A stretch of 63,812 nt of DNA, the filler included, from Ferroacidibacillus organovorans (lineage in GTDB: Bacteria > Bacillota > Bacilli > Alicyclobacillales > SLC66): the NCBI RefSeq assembly GCF_001642725.1. It is 4 parts of 4 records of this genome, joined end to end, with 100 filler letters (N's around TTAATTAATTAA, not from the genome) between each part and the next. Parts side by side here need not be neighbours in the genome. Positions count along the whole stretch, not along the records: positions 1 to 19,025 come from NZ_LSUQ01000048.1; 3 more parts are not named here. One strand, given 5' to 3'. Below the pieces are notes generated by a model. That model was not told the origin of the DNA. It made no database searches and worked only from the letters and a program-made list of their open reading frames with translations. How positions within the stretch are numbered: position 1 is the first letter of the stretch; each line of letters opens with the position of its first letter. Of the stretch, positions 1 to 10,027 are shown piece by piece. The translations under genes were made by a program, and so were the position numbers.

Positions 1-840
1 CGGCAGCGATTGGGCAGCGTTATTAACTGGATTGCTGGTCTGCGCGGAGAGATAAAAGTCGCGACTCGCGCGCGACCAGTAGGCCTGGTCGTTCGTCGCG
101 CCGTTTTGCAGCGTGACGTGAGGGATCGTTTGACCTTCAAGCGAGGGAAACGCATTGCTCGTTGAAACGACAGGATTTCCGTCGAGTGTCGGCGGTGAGA
201 AAGGCTGTGAAGCCACAGTTGTCGCACTGCTAGACGAACCGAGAGATGCGCCTACCCCGATGGTTCCGGACGTCGTCGCACGTGTGGTTCCACTCGTCGC
301 GATGGAGACAGCAGGCGGAGAACTTGTGGCAGGCGTTGTGTGAGGGTTTGACGACACGGACCATGTTTGCCCATCCCAGGTATTGTTTAGGGAAAGTTCA
401 TTGCGAAAGAGTTTCATGACGTAATAGATCGGGATGTACGTCGTCAAGGTGCGGGTTGACGGATCGCGATAGATAATTTTTGGAACGTTATTAAGGAAAG
501 ATGTACCGTTAAGATCAATTTGCATGTTCCCGGGCCTGATCGGATAAAAGGGCGAGATGGCCTGAGACTGAGACGTTCCTGTCATCAAATTCCAAACTTG
601 GCCACTCCACGTGCTCGTCATTCGCTGTTTTTTCGCCAATTGCATGACATACCAGATCGGCATATAGGTTGTTCCACCTGAAACAAAGCTGTAAGGGTGA
701 CTGATTGTAACGCCGTTTAAACGAATCACCATGGATTTCATCGCAAAACTTTGGGCATCCGTTTGAAGCGTTGAACTGAGTGTCGTCATGACAAGGAGTG
801 TCGCGGCTCCCACAAAGCGTACGAGTTTTCGTGTTTTCAT
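1..840 (-). CDS. Secreted/surface protein (signal peptide, two TYxPIxYVM stalk-like repeats, Ser/Thr-rich linker); runs off the window edge
   Basis: Hand-translated: AGGAGG RBS, ATG at 840, MKTRKLVRFVGAATLLVMTTLS..., TTYMPIWYVMQ, TTYIPIYYVMK; frame open to position 1. Absent from the ORF track because there is no stop codon in the window. Confidence 0.85.
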   Translation of the reverse strand, partial: MKTRKLVRFVGAATLLVMTTLSSTLQTDAQSFAMKSMVIRLNGVTISHPYSFVSGGTTYMPIWYVMQLAKKQRMTSTWSGQVWNLMTGTSQSQAISPFYPIRPGNMQIDLNGTSFLNNVPKIIYRDPSTRTLTTYIPIYYVMKLFRNELSLNNTWDGQTWSVSSNPHTTPATSSPPAVSIATSGTTRATTSGTIGVGASLGSSSSATTVASQPFSPPTLDGNPVVSTSNAFPSLEGQTIPHVTLQNGATNDQAYWSRASRDFYLSAQTSNPVNNAAQSLP

Positions 841-979
841 CAGGCACCTGACCTCCTAAAACAAACGTTTTAACTTGCTATGACTCTATCGTAAATCGCT
901 AGACGACAAAAAGCGAGAGGTGAATGTTGTCACCTCTCGCACAATACGTGTCGATTCTCTAAAACATGGGTATGCTCTT

Positions 980-1687
980 TTAATGAATGCCAAAATACGC
1001 ATGCCGCAATGTGTCGTCTTGCGTAAGGTCTTCCACGTTGCCTTGAAAGGACAGTCTGCCGTTTTCCATCACAGAAACGCGATCAGCCAGTTCAAGGAAT
1101 TTTGTGTTTTGTTCAGCGATGATCATCGTGACCGATTCTTCTTTCAGGCCGCGCAACAATTCGATCATCTGCGTTACATACAGCGGAGACAATCCCGCCG
1201 ACGGTTCGTCGAGAAGCAGAATCGCAGGCTTGCTCATCAAGGCCTTTGCGATACCGAGCATCTTACGCTGTCCGCCACTCAAACTGCCTGCGAGTGTGCG
1301 TTTTCGCGCTGCGAGATCGGGAAAGCGATCATACATTGCATTTAACTGTGTCTTGCGCGCGGCATTCGGTTGGAAGTAACCCCCAAGTGCCAGATTTTCT
1401 GCGATGCTGAGCGACGGCACGACGCCAAGCTCTGACATGTATGAAATTCCCATGCGTATGCGACGATCTGCGCTCCACGTCTCGACGCGCTTTTCAAGAC
1501 ACGTGATCTCGCCGCTCAGTGGGCGTATCAACCCGACGAGCGTCTTTAGAAATGTAGTCTTTCCGGCGCCGTTTGACCCGAGCAAGACTAAGGTTTCTGC
1601 GCTCTTTGCCACAAAGTCAATGTCCCACAGAATCTGCAATGGGCCATAGCCACTGGAGAGACCGCACGTGCTCAGCGCCTGGCTCAC
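980..1687 (-). CDS. Branched-chain amino acid-type ABC transporter ATPase (LivF-like)
   Basis: GSNGAGKT Walker A, LSGGQ signature, LLLDEPS. Confidence 0.9.
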   Translation of the reverse strand: MSQALSTCGLSSGYGPLQILWDIDFVAKSAETLVLLGSNGAGKTTFLKTLVGLIRPLSGEITCLEKRVETWSADRRIRMGISYMSELGVVPSLSIAENLALGGYFQPNAARKTQLNAMYDRFPDLAARKRTLAGSLSGGQRKMLGIAKALMSKPAILLLDEPSAGLSPLYVTQMIELLRGLKEESVTMIIAEQNTKFLELADRVSVMENGRLSFQGNVEDLTQDDTLRHAYFGIH

Positions 1688-2403
1688 GGCGTTCCACCTC
1701 CTAAATAAACGCGCACAACTTCTTCGTTCCTAACTGCATCGTCAAGCGTACCTTCAAAAATTTCTTTGCCCGCATTCATCACGATGACGCGCTCCGTGAG
1801 TTGTCGCACAAAGCTCATCAGGTGTTCGACGACGATCATGGAGATCCCCTGTTTTGCCAATCGCTGAAGTCGCTCTATCGTGATATCAAGCTCATGTGGA
1901 TTCATCCCGGCACCTAACTCATCAACTAAAAGAAGTGTAGGGCCTGTCGCGAGCGCACGGCCGAGATCAAGCAATTTTTGCTGTGTGCTGTTCAGCATGC
2001 CTGATTCTTTATCAAGGGAATCTTCAAGTCCGATGAAGCTTGCAATCTCCTCAAGTCCCATGGCCTCGCGGCGGACGAACGTCGCTGCAATTTGCAAGTT
2101 TTCGCGCACCGTTAATCCTTTGAACGGCCGGGGAATCTGGAAGGTGCGGTTCATTCCCATATGGGAGAGCTTGGATGCAGGTGTGCGCTGAATGTTTTTT
2201 CCCATGAAGTGAAGTGATCCGCGATCTGCGCGATACGATCCAGAGATGACATTCATACACGTTGTTTTTCCAGATCCATTCGGTCCCACCAGACCGAGAA
2301 TTTCTCCTTTTTTTACGTGAAAACTCATCCCTTGCAGTGCGGTGAAGCTGCCAAACGTTTTTGTCACATCGACGACGCTCAAAACATAGTCAGGGGACAT
2401 CAT
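1684..2403 (-). CDS. ABC transporter ATPase (LivG-like)
   Basis: GPNGSGKT, RTFQIPRPF, VRVYLG C-terminus; start trimmed to ATG 2403. Confidence 0.9.
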   Translation of the reverse strand: MMSPDYVLSVVDVTKTFGSFTALQGMSFHVKKGEILGLVGPNGSGKTTCMNVISGSYRADRGSLHFMGKNIQRTPASKLSHMGMNRTFQIPRPFKGLTVRENLQIAATFVRREAMGLEEIASFIGLEDSLDKESGMLNSTQQKLLDLGRALATGPTLLLVDELGAGMNPHELDITIERLQRLAKQGISMIVVEHLMSFVRQLTERVIVMNAGKEIFEGTLDDAVRNEEVVRVYLGGGTP

Positions 2404-3307
2404 AACCCTTCTTTCGAAACAGCGACATGATACCGTTTGGCAAAAAGAGGACAAGCATGACGATGAGCACGCCATAGATCAACTGGAAGTACTGCGGCGC
2501 AGAGATTCCGATCCAGTTATAAAGACCGTACAACACAAACATGCCGATGATCGGTCCGAGCAGGCTCGCGCCACCGCCAAACAGGGTAAAGACAATCGCA
2601 AAGATGCTCACATTCAAGTCAAATACGGTATTCGGGTAGAACACGGAAATATGCCAAGCGAAAGTGCCTCCGACGAGTCCTGCGATCAGTGCGCTCAGGA
2701 GCCACGCCATAATGCGCATGCGCACGACAGGAATTCCAGCCATTGCCGCGCTGACTGCATCCTCGCGCGTCGCGCGAAGCGCGAGGCCCGTTCGTGAATA
2801 GCGCAAGTAAGCGGTCGTAAATAGGGTTAATGCGAGGATGACGAGCATCACGGCGTAGCTTGCGGTTGGGTTGTAAAACGCTTCGAGATTCATGCCGTAC
2901 GGACCGTTTGTCACCGCTTGGAGCGCGGGGTTTGAGACGGTGTAATAAATCATCTGCGACGCGGCCAAGCTGCCGATTGAGAAATAGGCGCCTGACAGGC
3001 GCAAAAGTGGAGAGAGGAGCAAACCGACAATCAAGGCAGTGGCGCCGCCGCCTAGAATTGCGACGATTGGTTGAGTGTGAAAGTCGGTCATATAAAGGGA
3101 CGCGGCGTACGCGCCAGTGCCAAAGAATCCGACATAGCCAAACGGCAGATATCCGGTGAAACCATAGAGAATATTGATCCCTTGCGCGAGCGCGAGATAA
3201 ACCATCCCTTGAAACCACATGTTTTCATTGCTGTAAATGTGTGTGCCAACGGCAAAGAGTAGGAGGGTGACGAGGAGAACAGATCCTGCTTTGAGTTTGT
3301 TACGCAT
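2390..3307 (-). CDS. ABC transporter permease (LivM-like)
   Basis: Multi-TM; GFTGY..FG, RLSGAYF, GLALRATRED motifs. Confidence 0.9.
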   Translation of the reverse strand: MRNKLKAGSVLLVTLLLFAVGTHIYSNENMWFQGMVYLALAQGINILYGFTGYLPFGYVGFFGTGAYAASLYMTDFHTQPIVAILGGGATALIVGLLLSPLLRLSGAYFSIGSLAASQMIYYTVSNPALQAVTNGPYGMNLEAFYNPTASYAVMLVILALTLFTTAYLRYSRTGLALRATREDAVSAAMAGIPVVRMRIMAWLLSALIAGLVGGTFAWHISVFYPNTVFDLNVSIFAIVFTLFGGGASLLGPIIGMFVLYGLYNWIGISAPQYFQLIYGVLIVMLVLFLPNGIMSLFRKKGYDVP

Positions 3308-4175
3308 TGCGCATCCTCCTGCCAAGAAGCCCACTCGGTTTTAGAAGAAGGATGATAAAGAGCAGGAGATAAGGTACAAGGCTCGACCAGGAAGGTTGAT
3401 AGCTCTCCATATACATAAGGGACAGGCCATAGATCATGCCGCCGACGATCGTTCCAATCGGGTTGCCGAGTGAGCCGATGATAATAATGGCAAACGATGT
3501 CGTCGTCAAATCGGTGCCCATGGTGGGATCGATGCTCCCGATCATAAAGGGGCTGAATACGCCGGCGATTGCAGCGAGAGCGAGTCCGATACCCATCGCA
3601 TACGCTGAGACGCGATGGACAGAGATGCCGGCGCTTGCTGCCTCTTCGCGGTGGCTCATGACAGCGCGCGTTGCCACGCCAAGCTTTGTGACATAGAGAT
3701 AGATGGAGACCAAGATGATTGCAAGCAGACTGACGGACGCCACGACAACCCATGATTCTTCAAACCCTTGGCCAAAGAGATAGACAGTGCCTGAACCGAG
3801 CGCGGTGTAATCGATCGACCGTTGATTGTTGCCGAACGCGATGACCGCGAGCGCTTGAATGATCTGAGATAATCCAAAGAACAGGATGAGCGAGAGCATC
3901 TCAGGATCATGCGCGCGAAGAAGGCGAGGGACGACAAGATAGTAGAGCGCGCCGCCGAGTATGATGAAGAGAAAAAAGACGACCAACATTGTGACAAGTG
4001 GATTCATATTCCACAAGGTATACGCAAAAAATGCGGCAAAGGCGCCAAGCATGATGAAATCACCGTGTGCGAGATTGACCATGCGCATGACGCCAAAAAT
4101 GAGATTGAGACCAATCGCCATCAAGCTGAAATACAGTCCAAAGAGGAGTCCGGAGAGAATCGTGTAGGCAACCAA
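3300..4175 (-). CDS. ABC transporter permease (LivH-like)
   Basis: GLNLIFGVMRMVNLAHG motif; TTG start. Confidence 0.9.
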   Translation of the reverse strand: MVAYTILSGLLFGLYFSLMAIGLNLIFGVMRMVNLAHGDFIMLGAFAAFFAYTLWNMNPLVTMLVVFFLFIILGGALYYLVVPRLLRAHDPEMLSLILFFGLSQIIQALAVIAFGNNQRSIDYTALGSGTVYLFGQGFEESWVVVASVSLLAIILVSIYLYVTKLGVATRAVMSHREEAASAGISVHRVSAYAMGIGLALAAIAGVFSPFMIGSIDPTMGTDLTTTSFAIIIIGSLGNPIGTIVGGMIYGLSLMYMESYQPSWSSLVPYLLLFIILLLKPSGLLGRRMRNA

Positions 4176-4231
4176 GGGTGTTCTCCCTCTTTCTTTCTAA
4201 AACGTGTTCGCCAGTAGGAAGCGGGGTAAAA

Positions 4232-4286
4232 AAGCAGGCCCCTGCGCCATCGCGCAAAAAAAGCCTGAGTGCGCAAGGGGCTGCTT
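4232..4286. other. Imperfect stem-loop between the substrate-binding protein and permease genes
   Basis: AAGCAGGCCCCTGCGC ... GCGCAAGGGGCTGCTT inverted repeat. Confidence 0.5.
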
Positions 4287-4298
4287 GTAGGTTTGTTG

Positions 4299-5519
4299 TC
4301 AGTGTTGCAGGAACTTGACGGCAAGCCCGTTTCCGCGCTTGATAAGTTGCCCGACAGGCAGGCGCTCGCCAATCTGCGCACCTGTGCTGTCAATCTTGAA
4401 TTGTCCGTCGATTGTGTTCAACGTTCCGGAAAAGGAATTGACTGCGTGGCGCATCCCCAGTTGGGTCAGTGTGGGTGATGTTTCAAGCGTCTTCTGGATG
4501 ATCAGCCCAGCGTTGTACCCGGCGACAGTCAAGAAATCGACAGGGTGGTGTTCGACACTTGGAAACTGCTTTTCAAATGCGCTAAGCGGCATGCCAAAAT
4601 TGACGCGGTTGTACTGGAGCAGGGGTGGCGTTGGATAGGTCAAGGTATTGGCCAGGCCGCTGACACCGACGTTTTGTTGCATCAACTGCAGTTGTTGACC
4701 TGGGAAGATGGTGAACACTTTTGGGAAATGCACCCCGTTTGCATTCAAGCTTTGAAGGAAAGCAATATCGTTGTTCGGATAGCCGAACTCGACGACCGCT
4801 TGCGGGTTGCTCGCCGCAATCGCGTGATCAATAATTGCGTAGTTTGTCGTCGACGTCGGCACACCGCCTGTGTAGACCGGTGTGATGTGCGCTGCCTTCA
4901 AGCGACTGACTAACGTGTTGTACTGGGACTGATCGAAATCGTTCGTGTCGTACAGCACCGCGACGCGCTTGGTTTTTTGTTTCACAAGATAGTCTGCGAG
5001 CGAATTTGGCCAGATCGCGGACGTCGGCAGTGAGGTGAGCACGAGATACGGGTTTGATTTTGTGAAAAAGCTTGCGCCTGTTCCAGTTACATCAAACAGG
5101 AGTTGGTGATGTTCTTGCGCGATTGGAACAGCAACAGACGTAAGCACCGATCCAAAATCAGACACGAGGACGTTTACCTTATCCATCGTGATCAACTGGT
5201 TGTACAGGGTGGCGGCTGTTGTCGCGGAACTCTGATCGTTGTAAGCCTTGATGACGATCTTCACTTTTTTGTGAAGCGCTTTCACATAAACGCCGCCTTG
5301 GCGATCGACGGTTGCCGCCCAGAACTTTAAGCCATCGTACGATGAGATCGATGATGTGGCGAAACTGCCTGATGAGGCATAGAGCGTGCCGATCACGAGC
5401 TGATTCGGCGTTTTGACGGCGGCCGCCGGAAGAGCACTCATTCCAACCATTGAAAGAGAGGCGCTGAGTGTCAGTGCAGTGGCAATGCGACGACTGCGTG
5501 TTGAAAAGCGAATGGTCAT
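4299..5519 (-). CDS. ABC substrate-binding protein (LIVBP-like, type I)
   Basis: Signal peptide MTIRFSTRSRRIATAL..., YNDQS, DKVNVL..FGS; start trimmed from the ORF-track call. Confidence 0.85.
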   Translation of the reverse strand: MTIRFSTRSRRIATALTLSASLSMVGMSALPAAAVKTPNQLVIGTLYASSGSFATSSISSYDGLKFWAATVDRQGGVYVKALHKKVKIVIKAYNDQSSATTAATLYNQLITMDKVNVLVSDFGSVLTSVAVPIAQEHHQLLFDVTGTGASFFTKSNPYLVLTSLPTSAIWPNSLADYLVKQKTKRVAVLYDTNDFDQSQYNTLVSRLKAAHITPVYTGGVPTSTTNYAIIDHAIAASNPQAVVEFGYPNNDIAFLQSLNANGVHFPKVFTIFPGQQLQLMQQNVGVSGLANTLTYPTPPLLQYNRVNFGMPLSAFEKQFPSVEHHPVDFLTVAGYNAGLIIQKTLETSPTLTQLGMRHAVNSFSGTLNTIDGQFKIDSTGAQIGERLPVGQLIKRGNGLAVKFLQH

Positions 5520-5753
5520 CACGTTCCTTTCTAACTGTCGGTAGGGTATGAAGGGCGGTTCTTTTCCGAGAATCCAAAACGACGTTCTGTTTTTTGCTGG
5601 ATTCAGTTTAATCATAGCGATTTGGCATGTTTTGGTCAATAGATTTATTGAATTCCGAATAGGTGACACACCTTTTTTATTTGTGGTCCTGTGCTATCTT
5701 AAGAGACAGGGAGCAGCGCTCCACGAATGAGTGAAAAGACAGGTGGTTCTTTC

Positions 5754-6161
5754 ATGTCATCAGGAGGATCAGAGCACGAGTATAAAGACACCTTGATTGC
5801 GACGCTTGGTATTCGCGTTACAGAGTTGACGCCCGATCGCGTTGTTGCGACGATGCCCGTCGCAGCGCCAACGCGTCAGCCGTTTGGAATTCTGCACGGC
5901 GGGGCCTCTGTTGCGCTCGCGGAGACGGTGGCAAGTCTAGGGACGGCGAATCTGATTGACACAGAGCAGAAAGTTGCGGTAGGCCTTGAAATCAACGCGA
6001 ATCACATCCGCAGCAAAGCGGATGGAGTCGTAACTGCGATTGGAACGCCGCTGCACAAAGGGCGCACAACGATGGTTTGGGACATTCGCATTGTCGATGA
6101 GCAGGAGAAACTTATCTGTGTGTCGCGTTGCACCGTTGCAGTGATTGATCGGCGCGCCTGA
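5754..6161 (+). CDS. Hotdog-fold thioesterase (PaaI/MenI family)
   Basis: QPFGILHGGASVALAET, GLEINANH. Confidence 0.9.
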   Translation: MSSGGSEHEYKDTLIATLGIRVTELTPDRVVATMPVAAPTRQPFGILHGGASVALAETVASLGTANLIDTEQKVAVGLEINANHIRSKADGVVTAIGTPLHKGRTTMVWDIRIVDEQEKLICVSRCTVAVIDRRA

Positions 6162-6200
6162 TCACATGTCGCGAAATAATTGAAGAATGGGGGAAGGTGT

Positions 6201-6974
6201 GTGAACGTTCTTGACTTGTTTCGCCTCGATGGAAAGGTTGCGGTTGTGACGGGCGGCGGCCGCGGGCTCGGTCAACAGATCGCGCAGGCGTTTGTGGAGG
6301 CGGGGGCAAGCGTCGTGCTCGCTTCGCGGCGCATCGAGCAGTGTGAGAAAGTACGGGATGAACTTGCTGCGCTTGGGGGAGATGTGCGCGCGTACCAGCT
6401 TGACGTCACATCTCAAGAGTCGGTGCAAGATCTGGTAGAGCGCACCGTTGATGCGTTTGGTCACATCGATATCCTTGTCAATAACAGTGGCGCGTCGTGG
6501 GGAGCGCCTGCGCTTGAGATGCCGTATGACGCGTGGCAAAAAGTGATTCAAACGAATTTGACGGGGACGTTTTTAATGTCTCAGGCAGTCGCGCGGCACA
6601 TGGTGCAGCAAGGCGGTGGAAAAATCATCAATATCGCTTCAGTGGCCGGTTTGCGCGGCTCCGACGCGGATGCGCTTGACGCGGTCGGATACAACGCGAG
6701 CAAGGGTGGAATCGTGACACTGACGATGGATCTCGCCGTAAAGTGGGCTGCTCACGGCATCTATGTCAACGCGATCGCGCCGGGATTTTTCCCGACCAAG
6801 ATGACAAAAGACGTGCTGGCGAACGGGTATGATCGCATCATCGCGCAAACGCCACTGCGCCGAGTCGGCAGTGATCGCGATCTACAGGGCGCCGCGCTTT
6901 ATTTTGCGTCTTCTGCTTCCGATTTTACAACGGGGCAGATTCTTGCGGTGGACGGCGGTTCACTCGCGCATTGA
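6201..6974 (+). CDS. Short-chain dehydrogenase/reductase
   Basis: TGGGRGLG, NNSG, YNASK, NAIAPGFFPT. Confidence 0.9.
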   Translation: MNVLDLFRLDGKVAVVTGGGRGLGQQIAQAFVEAGASVVLASRRIEQCEKVRDELAALGGDVRAYQLDVTSQESVQDLVERTVDAFGHIDILVNNSGASWGAPALEMPYDAWQKVIQTNLTGTFLMSQAVARHMVQQGGGKIINIASVAGLRGSDADALDAVGYNASKGGIVTLTMDLAVKWAAHGIYVNAIAPGFFPTKMTKDVLANGYDRIIAQTPLRRVGSDRDLQGAALYFASSASDFTTGQILAVDGGSLAH

Positions 6975-7150
6975 GTAGTTGACGGATATAGTCAAATTTT
7001 TTAGACTGTAGGTAGTTTTGGAAATTTGATTTCAAATATGAAACTGCAGCAATTTGGATGGTGAATTTGCGACTTGGGCTGCATAAGGTACGCTCGGTTC
7101 GCGTTGCGCGTGGCCGCTTTTGCATGGGATGCAAGAGGGAGTGTGGGACT

Positions 7151-8308
7151 GTGAATTTTTCGTTTCATGATGATCTACTCGAGATGAAAAAAATGGTTCA
7201 GTCTTTTATCGCGAACGAAGTCGAGCCGTATGCCATGAAGATTGAAGAAGAAGATCGAGTGCCTGACGCAATCCTTGACGCGTCGAGGCGAATCGGTCTC
7301 TTTGGGTTAAGCATCCCAGAGCGTTATGGTGGACTTGGTCTCGATATGGTAGGAAAAAGTGCAATCTTTGAGGAACTCGGCAAAACAAGTAACGGTTATA
7401 CGACAATTCTTGGCGCACACAACGGAATTGGTTCGGTGGGCATTGTAGAGCTTGGTAATGAGGAACAAAAGGAACGTTATTTACCACGCATGGCGCGCGG
7501 TGAGTGGATCGGCGCATTCGCTCTGACGGAGCCTGAGGCCGGGTCAAATGCGGCGAATTTGAAAACGGTTGCAAAGCGCGTGGGCGATCGCTTTGTCGTC
7601 AATGGCCAAAAGATTTATTGCACGAATGCGCCACTGGCGACTGTTTTTACTGTCATGGCAGTGACCGATCCGGAAGCGGGTTCGCGCGGTATCACTTCAT
7701 TTCTGGTAGAGCGCGAAACTCCGGGGTTTCACGTTGGAGCGATCGAAAAAAAGATGGGGCTCCACGGTTCGCACACGGCACAACTGTATTTTGAGGACAT
7801 GGAAGTGCCTATTGAAAACGTGCTTGGAATAGAAGGGATGGGGTATGTTAACGCACTCAAAATTCTCGCGAATGGGCGTGTCGGACTTGCCGCGCGCTGT
7901 CTCGGATCTTCGGAGTATCTTCTTGATCGTTCGCTAAAGCATGCGGCAGAGCGCTCCCAATTTGGAAAGCCGCTCGCATCTCAGCAGATCATTCAGCACT
8001 ATGTTGCGGAGATGGCTCTGGAGATCGAAACGCTGCGGGCTTTTCTCTATCGCGTCGCGTGGATGATTGATCAAGGCGAACAGGCGGTCAAAGAGGCGGC
8101 AATGGTAAAATTATACGCGTCTGAGGTGTATCATCGCGTCGCGGATTACGCGGTGCAAATTCACGGAGGAATCGGCTTTATCGCGGATTATCCGATTGAG
8201 CGATTTTATCGTGATGCGCGTATTACACGTATTTACGAGGGTACTTCCGAGATTCAGAAGAATATCATTGCAGACCGTTTGTTTCGAGAACGCGGTGTGA
8301 CGATCTAA
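7151..8308 (+). CDS. Acyl-CoA dehydrogenase
   Basis: AFALTEPEAGS, QIHGGIG, RIYEGTSEIQ; GTG start at 7151. Confidence 0.93.
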   Translation: MNFSFHDDLLEMKKMVQSFIANEVEPYAMKIEEEDRVPDAILDASRRIGLFGLSIPERYGGLGLDMVGKSAIFEELGKTSNGYTTILGAHNGIGSVGIVELGNEEQKERYLPRMARGEWIGAFALTEPEAGSNAANLKTVAKRVGDRFVVNGQKIYCTNAPLATVFTVMAVTDPEAGSRGITSFLVERETPGFHVGAIEKKMGLHGSHTAQLYFEDMEVPIENVLGIEGMGYVNALKILANGRVGLAARCLGSSEYLLDRSLKHAAERSQFGKPLASQQIIQHYVAEMALEIETLRAFLYRVAWMIDQGEQAVKEAAMVKLYASEVYHRVADYAVQIHGGIGFIADYPIERFYRDARITRIYEGTSEIQKNIIADRLFRERGVTI

Positions 8309-8362
8309 ACCTCAACACGCGCGCGTACGTCTAAAACAGTTGAGGTAAAGGAGGACGACGTC

Positions 8363-9979
8363 GTGATGGATTACCCTTTGTTGATTCGCTCCATGCTCGA
8401 ACGTGGCCGGTTGGTCGCGGCGGATCAAGAGATCGTATCGCGCGATTTTCGCGGCGTGATGCGCTACACAGTGCGCGAGATGTATGAGCGTGTGTGCCAG
8501 CTGGCGCACGCACTTGACCGACTAGGCATAGAGCCAAACGAGCACATTGGATCGTTTGCGTGGAACAACCACCGACATCTTGAACTCTATTTTGCGGTTC
8601 CTTGCAGTCAGCGCGTGCTGCACACGATTAACATCAGACTTTTTGCAGAGCAGTTGGTCTATATCATCAATCACGCAGAAGACAGAATCATTTTTATTGA
8701 CGAAGATTTGCTTCCCCTTATGGAGAGTATCGCCGACAAACTTCCGCTCGTAGAACGGTTCATTATCATGACGGATGCGCAGGAAATGCCTGCGACTACG
8801 CTGAAAAATGCGACGCTTTATGAAGAACTCATTCGCGGTGAGATGACAGAGTATGCGTTTCCAGACTTTGATGAGTGGACAACCGCTTTGCTCGGTTACA
8901 CATCAGCCACAACTGGAATGCCCAAAGGAGTCGAGTATTCCCATCGCGGACTCTTTCTTCACTGCATGATGGCGCTCGTAGGCGAACTCGGCGTGCGCGA
9001 GAGCGATGTCTCGATGCCGATCGTGCCAATGTTTCACGTCAATGCGTGGGGTAGGCCGTTTGCCGATACATGGATTGGCGCGAAACAAGTTTATCCCGGT
9101 AGCAGGCCGACTGCGAAAGATTTTTGTGAACTGATCGATCACGAGCGCGTTACCTATAGCGCGGGCGTTCCAACTGTGTGGATGGGCATTCTCCAACATC
9201 TCAAGTCGAATCCTGGCGCGTATGATGTGAGCAGTGTTCGCTGCCTGCTCTCGGGCGGCTCTGCTTTGCCGCAGTCGCTCGTCGAGGCTTATGAGAAAGA
9301 ACTCGGTATTCCGATGTATCAGGGATATGGCCAGACAGAAACTTCTCCTATCACGTTTATCAGCTATCCGAAGAAAAAACACCAAAATCTGCAAGGTGCC
9401 GAGCGCTATCGCATTCGCGCAAAAACAGGTCACATCGTGCCGGGACTTGAAATGCGTTTGGTCGATCCGGATGGAAATCCTGTACCTTACGACGGAAAAT
9501 CGATGGGTGAACTCTTGCTACGCGGTCCGTGGGTGCTTCGCTCGTATTACAAAGATCCGGAAAAATCGCGCGAGGCGTTCTTGAATGGTTGGTTTCGCAC
9601 AGGGGATATCGCGACGATGGATAGCGAAGGGTACCTGCAGGTTGTGGATCGCACGCGCGATTTGATTAAAAGCGGCGGAGAGTGGATTTCTTCTGTGGAT
9701 CTGGAGAATGTCGTCATGGGGCATCCCGAGGTTTTAGAGGCGGCGGTGATTGCCGTTCCTCACGAGCGTTGGCAGGAGCGACCCATTGTGTGCGTAGTTT
9801 TGCGGCCTGAGGCGGTTGACCGTGTTTCAAAAGAAGACATTCTCCAGTATTTTGAGGGACGCGTGGCAAAGTGGTGGATTCCAGATGAAGTGATTTTTGT
9901 CTCAGAGATTCCAAAAACGAGTGTGGGTAAATTCTCGAAAAAGACACTGCGTGAGCAGTATCAGTCCGGGTCGCTCTAG
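8363..9979 (+). CDS. Fatty-acid-CoA ligase (AlkK/DmdB-like)
   Basis: YTSATTGMPKG, GYGQTET, RTGD, IKSGGEWISS, PKTSVGK. Confidence 0.93.
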   Translation: MMDYPLLIRSMLERGRLVAADQEIVSRDFRGVMRYTVREMYERVCQLAHALDRLGIEPNEHIGSFAWNNHRHLELYFAVPCSQRVLHTINIRLFAEQLVYIINHAEDRIIFIDEDLLPLMESIADKLPLVERFIIMTDAQEMPATTLKNATLYEELIRGEMTEYAFPDFDEWTTALLGYTSATTGMPKGVEYSHRGLFLHCMMALVGELGVRESDVSMPIVPMFHVNAWGRPFADTWIGAKQVYPGSRPTAKDFCELIDHERVTYSAGVPTVWMGILQHLKSNPGAYDVSSVRCLLSGGSALPQSLVEAYEKELGIPMYQGYGQTETSPITFISYPKKKHQNLQGAERYRIRAKTGHIVPGLEMRLVDPDGNPVPYDGKSMGELLLRGPWVLRSYYKDPEKSREAFLNGWFRTGDIATMDSEGYLQVVDRTRDLIKSGGEWISSVDLENVVMGHPEVLEAAVIAVPHERWQERPIVCVVLRPEAVDRVSKEDILQYFEGRVAKWWIPDEVIFVSEIPKTSVGKFSKKTLREQYQSGSL

Positions 9980-10027
9980 ATTGGTTTCCAGGAGCTGATG
10001 ATTGAAGATTTGCGAGGGGGGCGGACC

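Noticed and set aside
515..847. 110-aa ORF from the track
   Set aside because: Shadow frame of the real secreted-protein gene starting at 840, which has a properly spaced RBS, a signal peptide and repeat motifs
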